A program made the position numbers and the translations under genes. Positions 29,143 to 43,750 of a stretch of 64,000 bases of DNA are shown piece by piece. Numbering within the stretch: the stretch's first letter is position 1; the number at the start of each line of letters is the position of its first letter. This DNA is from Eledone cirrhosa (lineage: Eukaryota), in the NCBI GenBank assembly GCA_964016885.1, contig OZ024740.1, forward strand, positions 439,270,001-439,334,000, given 5' to 3'. Below the pieces are notes generated by a model that saw only the letters and a list, made by a program, of their open reading frames with translations, was not told the origin of the DNA and searched no databases.

Positions 29143-32100
29143 ATCTGAGACACACTCACCCCAACCACGGCTAAGAAACCACATCTAGCCATCTTAGACA
29201 CACTCACCCCAACCACGGCTAAGAAACCACATCTAGCCATCTTAGACACACTCACACCAGCCACGGCTAAGAAACCACATCTAGCCATCTGAGACACACT
29301 CACCCCAACCACGGCTAAGAAACCACATCTAGCCACCTTAGACACACTCACCCCAGCCACGGCTAAGAAACCACATCTAGACATCTGAGACACACTCACC
29401 CCAGCTACGGCTAAGAAACCACATCTACCCATCTTAGACACACTCACCCCAGCCACGGCTAAGAAATCACATCTAGCCATCTGAGACACACTCACCACAG
29501 CCACGGTTAAGAAACCACATCTACCCATCTGAGACACACTCACCCCAGCCACGGCTAAGAAACCACATCTAGACATCTTAGACACACTCACCCCAGCCAC
29601 GGCTAAGAAACCACATCTAGACATCTGAGACACACTCACCCCAACCACGGCTAAGAAACCACATCTAGCCATCTTAGACACACTCACCCCAGCCACGGCT
29701 AAGAAACCACATCTAGACATCTGAGACACACTCACCCCAACCACGGCTAAGAAACCACATCTAGCCATCTTAGACACACTCACCCCAGCCACGGCTAAGA
29801 AACCACATCTAGACATCTGAGACACACTCACCCCAGCCACGGCTAAGAAACCACATCTAGCCATCTTAGACACACTGACCCCAGCCACGGCTAAGAAACC
29901 ACATCTAGCCATCTTAGACACACTCACCCCAGCCACGGCTAAGAAACCACATCTAGCCATCTTAGACACACTCACCCCAGCCACGGCTAAGAAACCACAT
30001 CTAGCCATCTTAGACACACTCACACCAGCCACGGCGAAGAAACCACATCTAGCCATCTTAGACACACTCACCCCAGCCACAGTTAAGAAACCACATCTAG
30101 CCATCTTAGACACACTGACCCCAGCCACGGCTAAGAAACCACATCTAGCCATCTTAGACACACTCACACCAGCCACGGCTAAGAAACCACATCTAGCCAT
30201 CTTAGACACACCCACACCAGCCACGGCTAAGAAACCACATCTAGCCATCTTAGACACACTCACCCCAGCCACAGCTAAGGTACCACATCTAGACATCTGA
30301 GACGCACTCACACCAGCCACGGCTAAGAAACCACATCTAGCCATCTTAGACACACTCACCCCAGCCACGGCTAAGAAACCACATCTAGCCATCTGAGACA
30401 CACTCACCCCAGCCACAGCTAAGAAACCACATCTAGCCATCATCTTAGACGCACTCACCCCAGCCACGGCTAAGAAACCACATCTATCCATCTTAGACAC
30501 ACTCACACCAGCCACGGCTAAGAAACCACATCTAGCCATCTTAGACACACTCACCCCAGCCACAGCTAAGAAACCACATCTAGCCATCTTAGACACACTC
30601 ACCCCAGCCACAGCTAAGAAACCACATCTAGCCATCTCAGACACACTCACCCCAGCCACGGCTAAGAAACCACATCTAGCCATCTTTGACACACTCACCC
30701 CAGCCACGGCTAAGAAACCACATTTAGCCATCTTAGACACACTCACCCCAGCCACGGCTAAGAAACCACATCTAGCCATCTTAGACACACTCACCCCAGC
30801 CACGGCTAAGAAACCACATCTAGCCATCTTAGACACACTCACCCCAGCCATGGCTAAGAAACCACATTTACCCATCTTAGACACACTCACCCCAGCCACA
30901 GCTAAGAAACCACATCTAGCCATCTGAGACACACTCACCCCAGCCATGGCTAAGAAACCACATCTATCCATCTTAGACACACTCACCCCAGCCACGGCTA
31001 AGAAATCACATCTAGCCATCTTAGACACCCTCACCCCAGCCACGGCTAAGAAACCACATCTAGCCATCTTAGACACCCTCACCCCAGCCACGGCGAAGAA
31101 ACCACATCTAGCCATCTGAGACACACTGACCCCAGCCACGGCTAAGAAACCACATCTAGCCATCTTAGACACACTCACGCGAGCCATGGCGAAGAAACCA
31201 CATCTAGCCATCTTAGACACACTCACTCCAGCCACGGCTAAGAAACCACATCTACCCATCTTAGACACCCTCAACCCAGCCACGGCTAAGAAACCACATC
31301 TAGCCATCTGAGACACACTGACCCCAGCCACGGCTAAGAAACCACATCTAGCCATCTGAGACAAACTCACACCAGCCACGGCTAAGAAACCACATCTAGC
31401 CATCTTAGACACACTCACCCCAACCACGGCTAAGAAACCACATCTAGCCACCTTAGACACACTCACCCCAGCCACGGCTAAGAAACCACATCTAGACATC
31501 TTAGACACACTCACCCCAACCACGGCTAAGAAACCACATCTAGCCATCTTAGACACACTCACACCAGCCACGGCTAAGAAACCACATCTAGCCATCTTAG
31601 ACACACTCACCCCAACCACGGCTAAGAAACCACATCTAGCCATCTTAGACACACTCACACCAGCCACGGCTAAGAAACCACATCTAGCCATCTTAGACAC
31701 ACTCACCCCAACCACGGCTAAGAAACCACTTCTAGCCATCTTAGACACACTCACACCAGCCACGGCTAAGAAACCACATCTAGACATCTTAGACACACTC
31801 ACCCCAACCACGGCTAAGAAACCACATCTAGCCATCTTAGACACACTCACACCAGCCACGGCTAAGAAACCACATCTAGACATCTTAGACACACTCACCC
31901 CAACCACGGCTAAGAAACCACATCTAGCCATCTTAGACACACTCACACCAGCCACGGCTAAGAAACCACATCTAGCCATCTTAGACACACTCACCCCAAC
32001 CACGGCTAAGAAACCACTTCTAGCCATCTTAGACACACTCACCCCAACCACGGCTAAGAAACCACATCTAGCCACCTTAGACACACTCACCCCAGACACG

Positions 32101-35100
32101 GCTAAGAAACCACATCTAGCCATCTTAGACACACTCACCCCAGCCACGGCGAAGAAACCACATCTAGCCATCTTAGATACACTCACCCCAGCCACGGCGA
32201 AGAAACCACATCTAGCCATCTTAGACACACTCACCCCAGACACGGCTAAGAAACCACTTCTAGCCATCTTAGACACACTCACCCCAGCCACGGCGAAGAA
32301 ACCACATCTAGCCATCTTAGACATACTCACCCCAGACACGGCTAAGAAACCACATCTAGCCATCTTAGACACACTCACCCCAGCCACGGCGAAGAAACCA
32401 CATCTAGCCATCTTAGATACACTCACACCAGTCACGGCTAAGAAACCACATCTAGCCATCTTAGATACACTCACCCCAGCAACGGCGAAGAAACCACATC
32501 TAACCATCTTAGACACACTCACCCCAGCACCGGCGAAGAAACCACATCTAGCCATCTTAGACACACTCACCCCAGCCACGGCGAAGAAACCACATCTAGC
32601 CATCTTAGATACACTCACACCAGTCACGGCTAAGAAACCACATCTAGCCATCTTAGATACACTCACCCCAACCACGGCGAAGAAACCACATCTAGCCATC
32701 TTAGACACACTCACCCCAGCCACGGCGAAGAAACCACATCTAGCCATCTTAGATACACTCACACCAGTCACGGCTAAGAAACCACATCTAGCCATCTGAG
32801 ACACACTCACCCCAGCCACGGCTAAGAAACTACATCTACCCATCTTAGATACACTCACCCCAGTCACGGCTAAGAAACCACATCTAGACATCTGAGACAC
32901 ACTCACCCCAACCACGGCTAAGAAACCACATCTAGCCATCTTAGACACACTCACCCCAACCACGGCTAAGAAACCACATCTAGCCATCTTAGACACACTC
33001 ACACCAGCCACGGCTAAGAAACCACATCTAGCCATCTGAGACACACTCACCCCAACCACGGCTAAGAAACCACATCTAGCCACCTTAGACACACTCACCC
33101 CAGCCACGGCTAAGAAACCACATCTAGACATCTGAGACACACTCACCCCAGCTACGGCTAAGAAACCACATCTACCCATCTTAGACACACTCACCCCAGC
33201 CACGGCTAAGAAATCACATCTAGCCATCTGAGACACACTCACCACAGCCACGGTTAAGAAACCACATCTACCCATCTGAGACACACTCACCCCAGCCACG
33301 GCTAAGAAACCACATCTAGACATCTTAGACACACTCACCCCAGCCACGGCTAAGAAACCACATCTAGACATCTGAGACACACTCACCCCAACCACGGCTA
33401 AGAAACCACATCTAGCCATCTTAGACACACTCACCCCAGCCACGGCTAAGAAACCACATCTAGACATCTGAGACACACTCACCCCAACCACGGCTAAGAA
33501 ACCACATCTAGCCATCTTAGACACACTCACCCCAGCCACGGCTAAGAAACCACATCTAGACATCTGAGACACACTCACCCCAGCCACGGCTAAGAAACCA
33601 CATCTAGCCATCTTAGACACACTGACCCCAGCCACGGCTAAGAAACCACATCTAGCCATCTTAGACACACTCACCCCAGCCACGGCTAAGAAACCACATC
33701 TAGCCATCTTAGACACACTCACCCCAGCCACGGCTAAGAAACCACATCTAGCCATCTTAGACACACTCACACCAGCCACGGCGAAGAAACCACATCTAGC
33801 CATCTTAGACACACTCACCCCAGCCACAGCTAAGAAACCACATCTAGCCATCTTAGACACACTGACCCCAGCCACGGCTAAGAAACCACATCTAGCCATC
33901 TTAGACACACTCACACCAGCCACGGCTAAGAAACCACATCTAGCCATCTTAGACACACCCACACCAGCCACGGCTAAGAAACCACATCTAGCCATCTTAG
34001 ACACACTCACCCCAGCCACAGCTAAGGTACCACATCTAGACATCTGAGACGCACTCACACCAGCCACGGCTAAGAAACCACATCTAGCCATCTTAGACAC
34101 ACTCACCCCAGCCACGGCTAAGAAACCACATCTAGCCATCTGAGACACACTCACCCCAGCCACAGCTAAGAAACCACATCTAGCCATCATCTTAGACGCA
34201 CTCACCCCAGCCACGGCTAAGAAACCACATCTATCCATCTTAGACACACTCACACCAGCCACGGCTAAGAAACCACATCTAGCCATCTTAGACACACTCA
34301 CCCCAGCCACAGCTAAGAAACCACATCTAGCCATCTTAGACACACTCACCCCAGCCACAGCTAAGAAACCACATCTAGCCATCTCAGACACACTCACCCC
34401 AGCCACGGCTAAGAAACCACATCTAGCCATCTTTGACACACTCACCCCAGCCACGGCTAAGAAACCACATTTAGCCATCTTAGACACACTCACCCCAGCC
34501 ACGGCTAAGAAACCACATCTAGCCATCTTAGACACACTCACCCCAGCCACGGCTAAGAAACCACATCTAGCCATCTTAGACACACTCACCCCAGCCATGG
34601 CTAAGAAACCACATTTACCCATCTTAGACACACTCACCCCAGCCACAGCTAAGAAACCACATCTAGCCATCTGAGACACACTCACCCCAGCCATGGCTAA
34701 GAAACCACATCTATCCATCTTAGACACACTCACCCCAGCCACGGCTAAGAAATCACATCTAGCCATCTTAGACACCCTCACCCCAGCCACGGCTAAGAAA
34801 CCACATCTAGCCATCTTAGACACCCTCACCCCAGCCACGGCGAAGAAACCACATCTAGCCATCTGAGACACACTGACCCCAGCCATAGCTAAGAAACCAC
34901 ATCTAGCCATCTTAGACACACTCACGCGAGCCATGGCGAAGAAACCACATCTAGCCATCTTAGACACACTCACTCCAGCCACGGCTAAGAAACCACATCT
35001 ACCCATCTTAGACACCCTCAACCCAGCCACGGCTAAGAAACCACATCTAGCCATCTGAGACACACTGACCCCAGCCACGGCTAAGAAACCACATCTAGCC

Positions 35101-38100
35101 ATCTGAGACAAACTCACACCAGCCACGGCTAAGAAACCACATCTAGCCATCTTAGACACACTCACCCCAACCACGGCTAAGAAACCACATCTAGCCACCT
35201 TAGACACACTCACCCCAGCCACGGCTAAGAAACCACATCTAGACATCTTAGACACACTCACCCCAACCACGGCTAAGAAACCACATCTAGCCATCTTAGA
35301 CACACTCACACCAGCCACGGCTAAGAAACCACATCTAGCCATCTTAGACACACTCACCCCAACCACGGCTAAGAAACCACATCTAGCCATCTTAGACACA
35401 CTCACACCAGCCACGGCTAAGAAACCACATCTAGCCATCTTAGACACACTCACCACAACCACGGCTAAGAAACCACTTCTAGCCATCTTAGACACACTCA
35501 CACCAGCCACGGCTAAGAAACCACATCTAGACATCTTAGACACACTCACCCCAACCACGGCTAAGAAACCACATCTAGCCATCTTAGACACACTCACACC
35601 AGCCACGGCTAAGAAACCACATCTAGACATCTTAGACACACTCACCCCAACCACGGCTAAGAAACCACATCTAGCCATCTTAGACACACTCACACCAGCC
35701 ACGGCTAAGAAACCACATCTAGCCATCTTAGACACACTCACCCCAACCACGGCTAAGAAACCACTTCTAGCCATCTTAGACACACTCACCCCAACCACGG
35801 CTAAGAAACCACATCTAGCCACCTTAGACACACTCACCCCAGCCACGGCTAAGAAACCACATCTAGCCATCTTAGACACACTCACCCCAACCACGGCTAA
35901 GAAACCACATCTAGCCACCTTAGACACACTCACACCAGCCACGGCTAAGAAACCACATCTAGCCATCTTAGACACACTCACACCAGCCACGGCTAAGAAA
36001 CCACATCTACCCATCTGAGACACACTCACCCCAGCCACGGCTAAGAAACCACATCTAGACATCTTAGACACACTCACCCCAGCTACGGCTAAGAAACCAC
36101 ATCTAGCCATCTGAGACACACTCACTCCAACCACGGCTAAGAAACCACATCTAGCCATCTTAGACACACTCACCCCAACCACGGCTAAGAAACCACATCT
36201 AGCCATCTTAGACACACTCACACCAGCCACGGCTAAGAAACCACATCTAGCCATCTGAGACACACTCACCCCAACCACGGCTAAGAAACCACATCTAGAC
36301 ATCTGAGACACACTCACCCCAGCTACGGCTAAGAAACCACATCTACCCATCTTAGACACACTCACCCCAGCCACGGCTAAGAAATCACATCTAGCCATCT
36401 GAGACACACTCACCACAGCCACGGTTAAGAAACCACATCTACCCATCTGAGACACACTCACCCCAGCCACGGCTAAGAAACCACATCTAGACATCTTAGA
36501 CACACTCACCCCAGCCATGGCTAAGAAACCACATCTAGACATCTGAGACACACTCACCCCAACCACGGCTAAGAAACCACATCTAGCCATCTTAGACACA
36601 CTCACCCCAGCCACGGCTAAGAAACCACATCTAGACATCTGAGACACACTCACCCCAACCACGGCTAAGAAACCACATCTAGCCATCTTAGACACACTCA
36701 CCCCAGCCACGGCTAAGAAACCACATCTAGACATCTGAGACACACTCACCCCAGCCACGGCTAAGAAACCACATCTAGCCATCTTAGACACACTGACCCC
36801 AGCCACGGCTAAGAAACCACATCTAGCCATCTTAGACACACTCACCCCAGCCACGGCTAAGAAACCACATCTAGCCATCTTAGACACACTCACCTCAGCC
36901 ACGGCTAAGAAACCACATCTAGCCATCTTAGACACACTCACACCAGCCACGGCTAAGAAACCACATCTAGCCATCTTAGACACACTCACCCCAGCCACAG
37001 CTAAGAAACCACATCTAGCCATCTTAGACACACTGACCCCAGCCACGGCTAAGAAACCACATCTAGCCATCTTAGAAACACTCACACCAGCCACGGCTAA
37101 GAAACCACATCTAGCCATCTTAGACACACCCACACCAGCCACGGCTAAGAAACCACATCTAGCCATCTTAGACACACTCACCCCAGCCACAGCTAAGCTA
37201 CCACATCTAGACATCTGATACGCACTCACACCAGCCACGGCTAAGAAACCACATCTAGCCATCTTAGACACACTCACCCCAGCCACGGCTAAGAAACCAC
37301 ATCTAGCCATCTGAGACACACTCACCCCAGCCACAGCTAAGAAACCACATCTAGCCATCATCTTAGACGCACTCACCCCAGCCACGGCTAAGAAACCACA
37401 TCTATCCATCTTAGACACACTCACACCAGCCACGGCTAAGAAACCACATCTAGCCATCTTAGACACACTCACCCCAGCCACAGCTAAGAAACCACATCTA
37501 GCCATCTTAGACACACTCACCCCAGCCACAGCTAAGAAACCACATCTAGCCATCTCAGACACACTCACCCCAGCCACGGCTAAGAAACCACATCTAGCCA
37601 TCTTTGACACACTCACCCCAGCCACGGCTAAGAAACCACATCTAGCCATCTTAGACACACACACCCCAGCCACGGCTAAGAAACCACATCTAGCCATCTT
37701 AGACACACTCACCCCAGCCACGGCTAAGAAACCACATCTAGCCATCTTAGACACACTCACCCCAGCCACGGCTAAGAAACCACATTTACCCATCTTAGAC
37801 ACACTCACCCCAGCCACAGCTAAGAAACCACATCTAGCCATCTGAGACACACTCACCCCAGCCACGGCTAAGAAACCACATCTATCCATCTTAGACACAC
37901 TCACCCCAGCCACGGCTAAGAAACCACATCTAGCCATCTTAGACACACTCACCCCAGCCACGGCTAAGAAACCACATCTAGCCATCTTAGACACCCTCAC
38001 CCCAGCCACGGCGAAGAAACCACATCTATCCATCTTAGACACACTCACCCCAGCCACGGCTAAGAAACCACATCTAGCCATCTTAGACACCCTCACCCCA

Positions 38101-40790
38101 GCCACGGCTAAGAAACCACATCTAGCCATCTTAGACACCCTCACCCCAGCCACGGCGAAGAAACCACATCTAGCCATCTGAGACACACTGACCCCAGCCA
38201 CGGCTAAGAAACCACATCTATCCATCTTAGACACACTCACCCCAGCCACGGCTAAGAAACCACATCTAGCCATCTTAGACACACTCACCCCAGCCACGGC
38301 TAAGAAACCACATCTAGCCATCTTAGACACACTCACCCCAGCCACAGCTAAGAAACCACATCTATCCATCTCAGACACACTCACCCCAGCCACGGCTAAG
38401 AAACCACATCTAGCCATCTTAGACACCCTCACCCCAGCCACGGCTAAGAAACCACATCTAGCCATCTTAGACACCCTCACCCCAGCCACGGCGAAGAAAC
38501 CACATCTAGCCATCTGAGACACACTGACCCCAGCCACGGCTAAGAAACCACATCTAGCCATCTTAGACACACTCACGCGAGCCATGGCGAAGAAACCACA
38601 TCTAGACATCTGAGACACACTCACCCCAGCCACGGCTAAGAAACCACATCTATCCATCTTAGACACACTCACCACAGCCACGGTTAAGAAACCACATCTA
38701 CCCATCTGAGACACACTCACCCCAGCCACGGCTAAGAAACCACATCTAGACATCTTAGACACACTCACCCCAGCCACGGCTAAGAAACCACATCTAGACA
38801 TCTGAGACACACTCACCCCAACCACGGCTAAGAAACCACATCTAGCCATCTTAGACACACTCACCCCAGCCACGGCTAAGAAACCACATCTAGACATCTG
38901 AGACACACTCACCCCAACCACGGCTAAGAAACCACATCTAGCCATCTTAGACACACTCACCCCAGCCACGGCTAAGAAACCACATCTAGACATCTTAGAC
39001 ACACTCACCCCAGCCACGGCTAAGAAACCACATCTAGACATCTGAGACACACTCACCCCAACCACGGCTAAGAAACCACATCTAGCCATCTTAGACACAC
39101 TCACCCCAGCCACGGCAAAGAAACCACATCTAGACATCTGAGACACACTCACCCCAACCACGGCTAAGAAACCACATCTAGCCATCTTAGACACACTCAC
39201 CCCAGCCACGGCTAAGAAACCACATCTAGACATCTGAGACACACTCACCCCAGCCACGGCTAAGAAACCACATCTAGCCATCTTAGACACACTGACCCCA
39301 GCCACGGCTAAGAAACCACATCTAGCCATCTTAGACACACTCACCCCAGCCACGGCTAAGAAACCACATCTAGCCATCTTAGACACACTCACCCCAGCCA
39401 CGGCTAAGAAACCACATCTAGCCATCTTAGACACACTCACACCAGCCACGGCTAAGAAACCACATCTAGCCATCTTAGACACACTCACCCCAGCCACAGC
39501 TAAGAAACCACATCTAGCCATCTTAGACACACTGACCCCAGCCACGGCTAAGAAACCACATCTAGCCATCTTAGACACACTCACACCAGCCACGGCTAAG
39601 AAACCACATCTAGCCATCTTAGACACACCCACACCAGCCACGGCTAAGAAACCACATCTAGCCATCTTAGACACACTCACCCCAGCCACAGCTAAGGTAC
39701 CACATCTAGACATCTGAGACGCACTCACACCAGCCACGGCTAAGAAACCACATCTAGCCATCTTAGACACACTCACCCCAGCCACGGCTAAGAAACCACA
39801 TCTAGCCATCTGAGACACACTCACCCCAGCCACAGCTAAGAAACCACATCTAGCCATCATCTTAGACGCACTCACCCCAGCCACGGCTAAGAAACCACAT
39901 CTATCCATCTTAGACACACTCACACCAGCCACGGCTAAGAAACCACATCTAGCCATCTTAGACACACTCACCCCAGCCACAGCTAAGAAACCACATCTAG
40001 CCATCTTAGACACACTCACCCCAGCCACAGCTAAGAAACCACATCTAGCCATCTCAGACACACTCACCCCAGCCACGGCTAAGAAACCACATCTAGCCAT
40101 CTTTGACACACTCACCCCAGCCACGGCTAAGAAACCACATCTAGCCATCTTAGACACACTCACCCCAGCCACGGCTAAGAAACCACATCTAGCCATCTTA
40201 GACACACTCACCCCAGCCACGGCTAAGAAACCACATCTAGCCATCTTAGACACACTCACCCCAGCCACGGCTAAGAAACCACATTTACCCATCTTAGACA
40301 CACTCACCCCAGCCACAGCTAAGAAACCACATCTAGCCATCTGAGACACACTCACCCCAGCCACGGCTAAGAAACCACATCTATCCATCTTAGACACACT
40401 CACCCCAGCCACGGCTAAGAAACCACATCTAGCCATCTTAGACACACTCACCCCAGCCACGGCTAAGAAACCACATCTAGCCATCTTAGACACCCTCACC
40501 CCAGCCACGGCGAAGAAACCACATCTATCCATCTTAGACACACTCACCCCAGCCACGGCTAAGAAACCACATCTAGCCATCTTAGACACCCTCACCCCAG
40601 CCACGGCTAAGAAACCACATCTAGCCATCTTAGACACCCTCACCCCAGCCACGGCGAAGAAACCACATCTAGCCATCTGAGACACACTGACCCCAGCCAC
40701 GGCTAAGAAACCACATCTAGCCATCTTAGACACACTCACCCGAGCCATGGCGAAGAAACCACATCTAGCCATCTTAGACACACTCACTCC
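29143..40790 (+). repeat. Four-copy higher-order repeat marked by a GGTACC (KpnI-site) monomer, periods 3747, 3171 and 2499 bp
   Basis: GGTACC at 30279, 34026 and 39696, with the derivative GCTACC at 37197. ATCTCAGAC at 30634, 34381, 37552 and 40051. One 51-bp monomer per copy. The offsets equal 78x48+3, 66x48+3 and 52x48+3. Confidence 0.9.
32096..32890 (+). repeat. Dispersed copy (about 17 monomers) of about 27480-28275 placed between two higher-order copies
   Basis: The private marker CCAGCACCGG is seen only at 27911 and 32524 (offset 4613 = 96x48+5). The CATACTC, CTAACC and AAACTAC variants are in the same order in both places. Confidence 0.85.
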
Positions 40791-43750
40791 AGCCACGGCT
40801 AAGAAACCACATCTACCCATCTTAGACACCCTCAACCCAGCCACGGCTAAGAAACCACATCTAGCCATCTGAGACACACTGACCCCAGCCACGGCTAAGA
40901 AACCACATCTAGCCATCTGAGACAAACTCACCCCAGCCACGGCTAAGAAACCACATCTACCCATCTTAGACACCCTCACCCCAGCCACGGCTAAGAAACC
41001 ACATCTACCCATCTTAGACACCCTCAACCCAGCCACGGCTAAGAAACCACATCTAGCCATCTGAGACACACTGACCCCAGCCACGGCTAAGAAACCACAT
41101 CTAGCCATCTTAGAGACCCTCAACCCAGCCACGGCTAAGAAACCACAACTACCCATCTTAGACACCCTCAACCCAGCCACGGCTAAGAAACCACATCTAG
41201 CCATCTGAGACACACTCACCCCAGCCATGGCGAAGAAACCTCATCTAGCCATCTTAGACACACTCACTCCAGTCACGGCTAAGAAACCACATCTAGCCAT
41301 CTGAGACACACTCACCCCAGCCACGGCGAAGAAACCACATCTAGCCATCTGAGACACACTCACCCCAGACACGGCTAAGAAACCACATCTAGCCATCTTA
41401 GACACACTCACCCCAGCCACGGCGAAGAAACCACATCTAGCCATCTTAGATACACTCACCCCAGCCACGGCGAAGAAACCACATCTAGCCATCTTAGACA
41501 CACTCACCCCAGACACGGCTAAGAAACCACTTCTAGCCATCTTAGACACACTCACCCCAGCCACGGCGAAGAAACCACATCTAGCCATCTTAGACATACT
41601 CACCCCAGACACGGCTAAGAAACCACATCTAGCCATCTTAGACACACTCACCCCAGCCACGGCGAAGAAACCACATCTAGCCATCTTAGATACACTCACA
41701 CCAGTCACGGCTAAGAAACCACATCTAGCCATCTTAGATACACTCACCCCAGCAACGGCGAAGAAACCACATCTAGCCATCTTAGACACACTCACCCCAG
41801 CCACGGCGAAGAAACCACATCTAGCCATCTTAGATACACTCACACCAGTCACGGCTAAGAAACCACATCTAGCCATCTGAGACACACTCACCCCAGCCAC
41901 GGCTAAGAAACTACATCTACCCATCTTAGATACACTCACCCCAGTCACGGCTAAGAAACCACATCTAGACATCTTAGACACACTCACCCCTGCCACGGCT
42001 AAGAAACCACATCTAGCCATCTTAGACACACTGACCCCAGCCAAGGCTAAGAAACTACATCTACCCATCTTAGACACACTCACCACAGCCACAGCTAAGA
42101 AACCACATCTATCCATCTTAGACACACTCACCCCAGCCACGGCTAAGAAACAACATCTAGCCATCTTAGACACACTCACCCCAGCCACGGCTAAGAAACA
42201 ACATCTAGCCATCTTAGACACCCTCACCCCAGCCACGGCTAAGAAACAACATCTACCCATTTAGACACACTCACTCCAGCCACACTAAGAAACCACATCT
42301 AGCCATCTTAGACACACTTACCCCAGCCACGGCTAAGAAACTACATCTACCCATCTTAGACACACTCAGCCCAGCCACGGCTAAGAAACCACATCTACCC
42401 ATCTTAGACACACTCACCCCAGCCACGGCTAAGAAACTACATTTACCCATCTTAGACACACTCAGCCCAGCCACGGCTAAGAAACCACATCTACCCATCT
42501 GAGACACACTCAGCCCAGCCACGGCTAAGAAACCACATCTACCCATCTTAGACACACTCACCCCAGCCGCGGCTAAGAAACCACATCTAGCCATCTGAGA
42601 CACACTCACCCCAGCCACGGCTAAGAAACCACATCTACCCATCTGAGACACACTCAGCCCAGCCTCGGCTAAGAAACCACATCTAGCCATCTGAGACACA
42701 CTCACCCCAGCCACGGCTAAGAAACCACATCTACCCATCTTAGACAGACTCACCCCAGCCGCGGCTAAGAAACCACATCTAGCCATCTGAGACACACTCA
42801 CCCCAGCCACGGCTAAGAAACCACATCTACCCATCTGAGACACACTCAGCCCAGCCACAGCTAAGAAACCACATCTAGCCATCTGAGACACACTCACCCC
42901 AGCCACGGCTAAGAAACCACATCTACCCATCTTAGACAGACTCACCCCAGCCGCGGCTAAGAAACCACATCTACCCATCTGAGACACACTCAGCCCAGCC
43001 ACGGTCAAGAAACCACATCTACCCATCTGAGACACACTCACCCCAGCCACGGCTAAGAAACCACATCTACCCATCTTAGACACCCTCAACCCAGCCACGG
43101 CTAAGAAACCACATCTAGCCATCTGAGACACACTGACCCCAGCCACGGCTAAGAAACCACATCTAGCCATCTGAGACAAACTCACCCCAGCCACGGCTAA
43201 GAAACCACATCTACCCATCTTAGACACCCTCACCCCAGCCACGGCTAAGAAACCACATCTACCCATCTTAGACACCCTCAACCCAGCCACGGCTAAGAAA
43301 CCACATCTAGCCATCTGAGACACACTGACCCCAGCCACGGCTAAGAAACCACATCTATCCATCTTAGACACACTCACCCCAGACACGGCTAAGAAACCAC
43401 ATCTATCCATCTTAGACACACTCACACCAGCCACGGCTAAGAAACCACATCTAGCCATCTTAGACACCCTCAACCCAGCCACAGCTAAGAAACCACATCT
43501 ACCCATCTTAGACACCCTCAACCCAGCCACAGCTAAGAAACCACATCTACCCATCTTAGACACACTCACCCCAGCCACAGCTAAGAAACCACATCTATCC
43601 ATCTTAGACACACTCACACCAGCCACGGCTAAGAAACCACATCTAGCCATCTTAGACACACTCACCCCAGCCACGGCTAAGAAACCACATCTAGCCATCT
43701 TAGACACACTCACCCAACCACAGCTAAGAAACCACATCTAGCCATCATCT
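40790..43750 (+). repeat. Diverged partial third copy of the block duplicated at 45.7-56.2 kb
   Basis: Shares the 46-bp double-deletion monomer (42260, 48844, 54080), TTAGAGACCC (about 41110, 47502, 52738), three consecutive AAACAAC monomers, the CTCAGCC/CCGCGG domain, and the CACCCAACC 1-bp deletion (about 43712, 46697, 51933). Confidence 0.8.
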
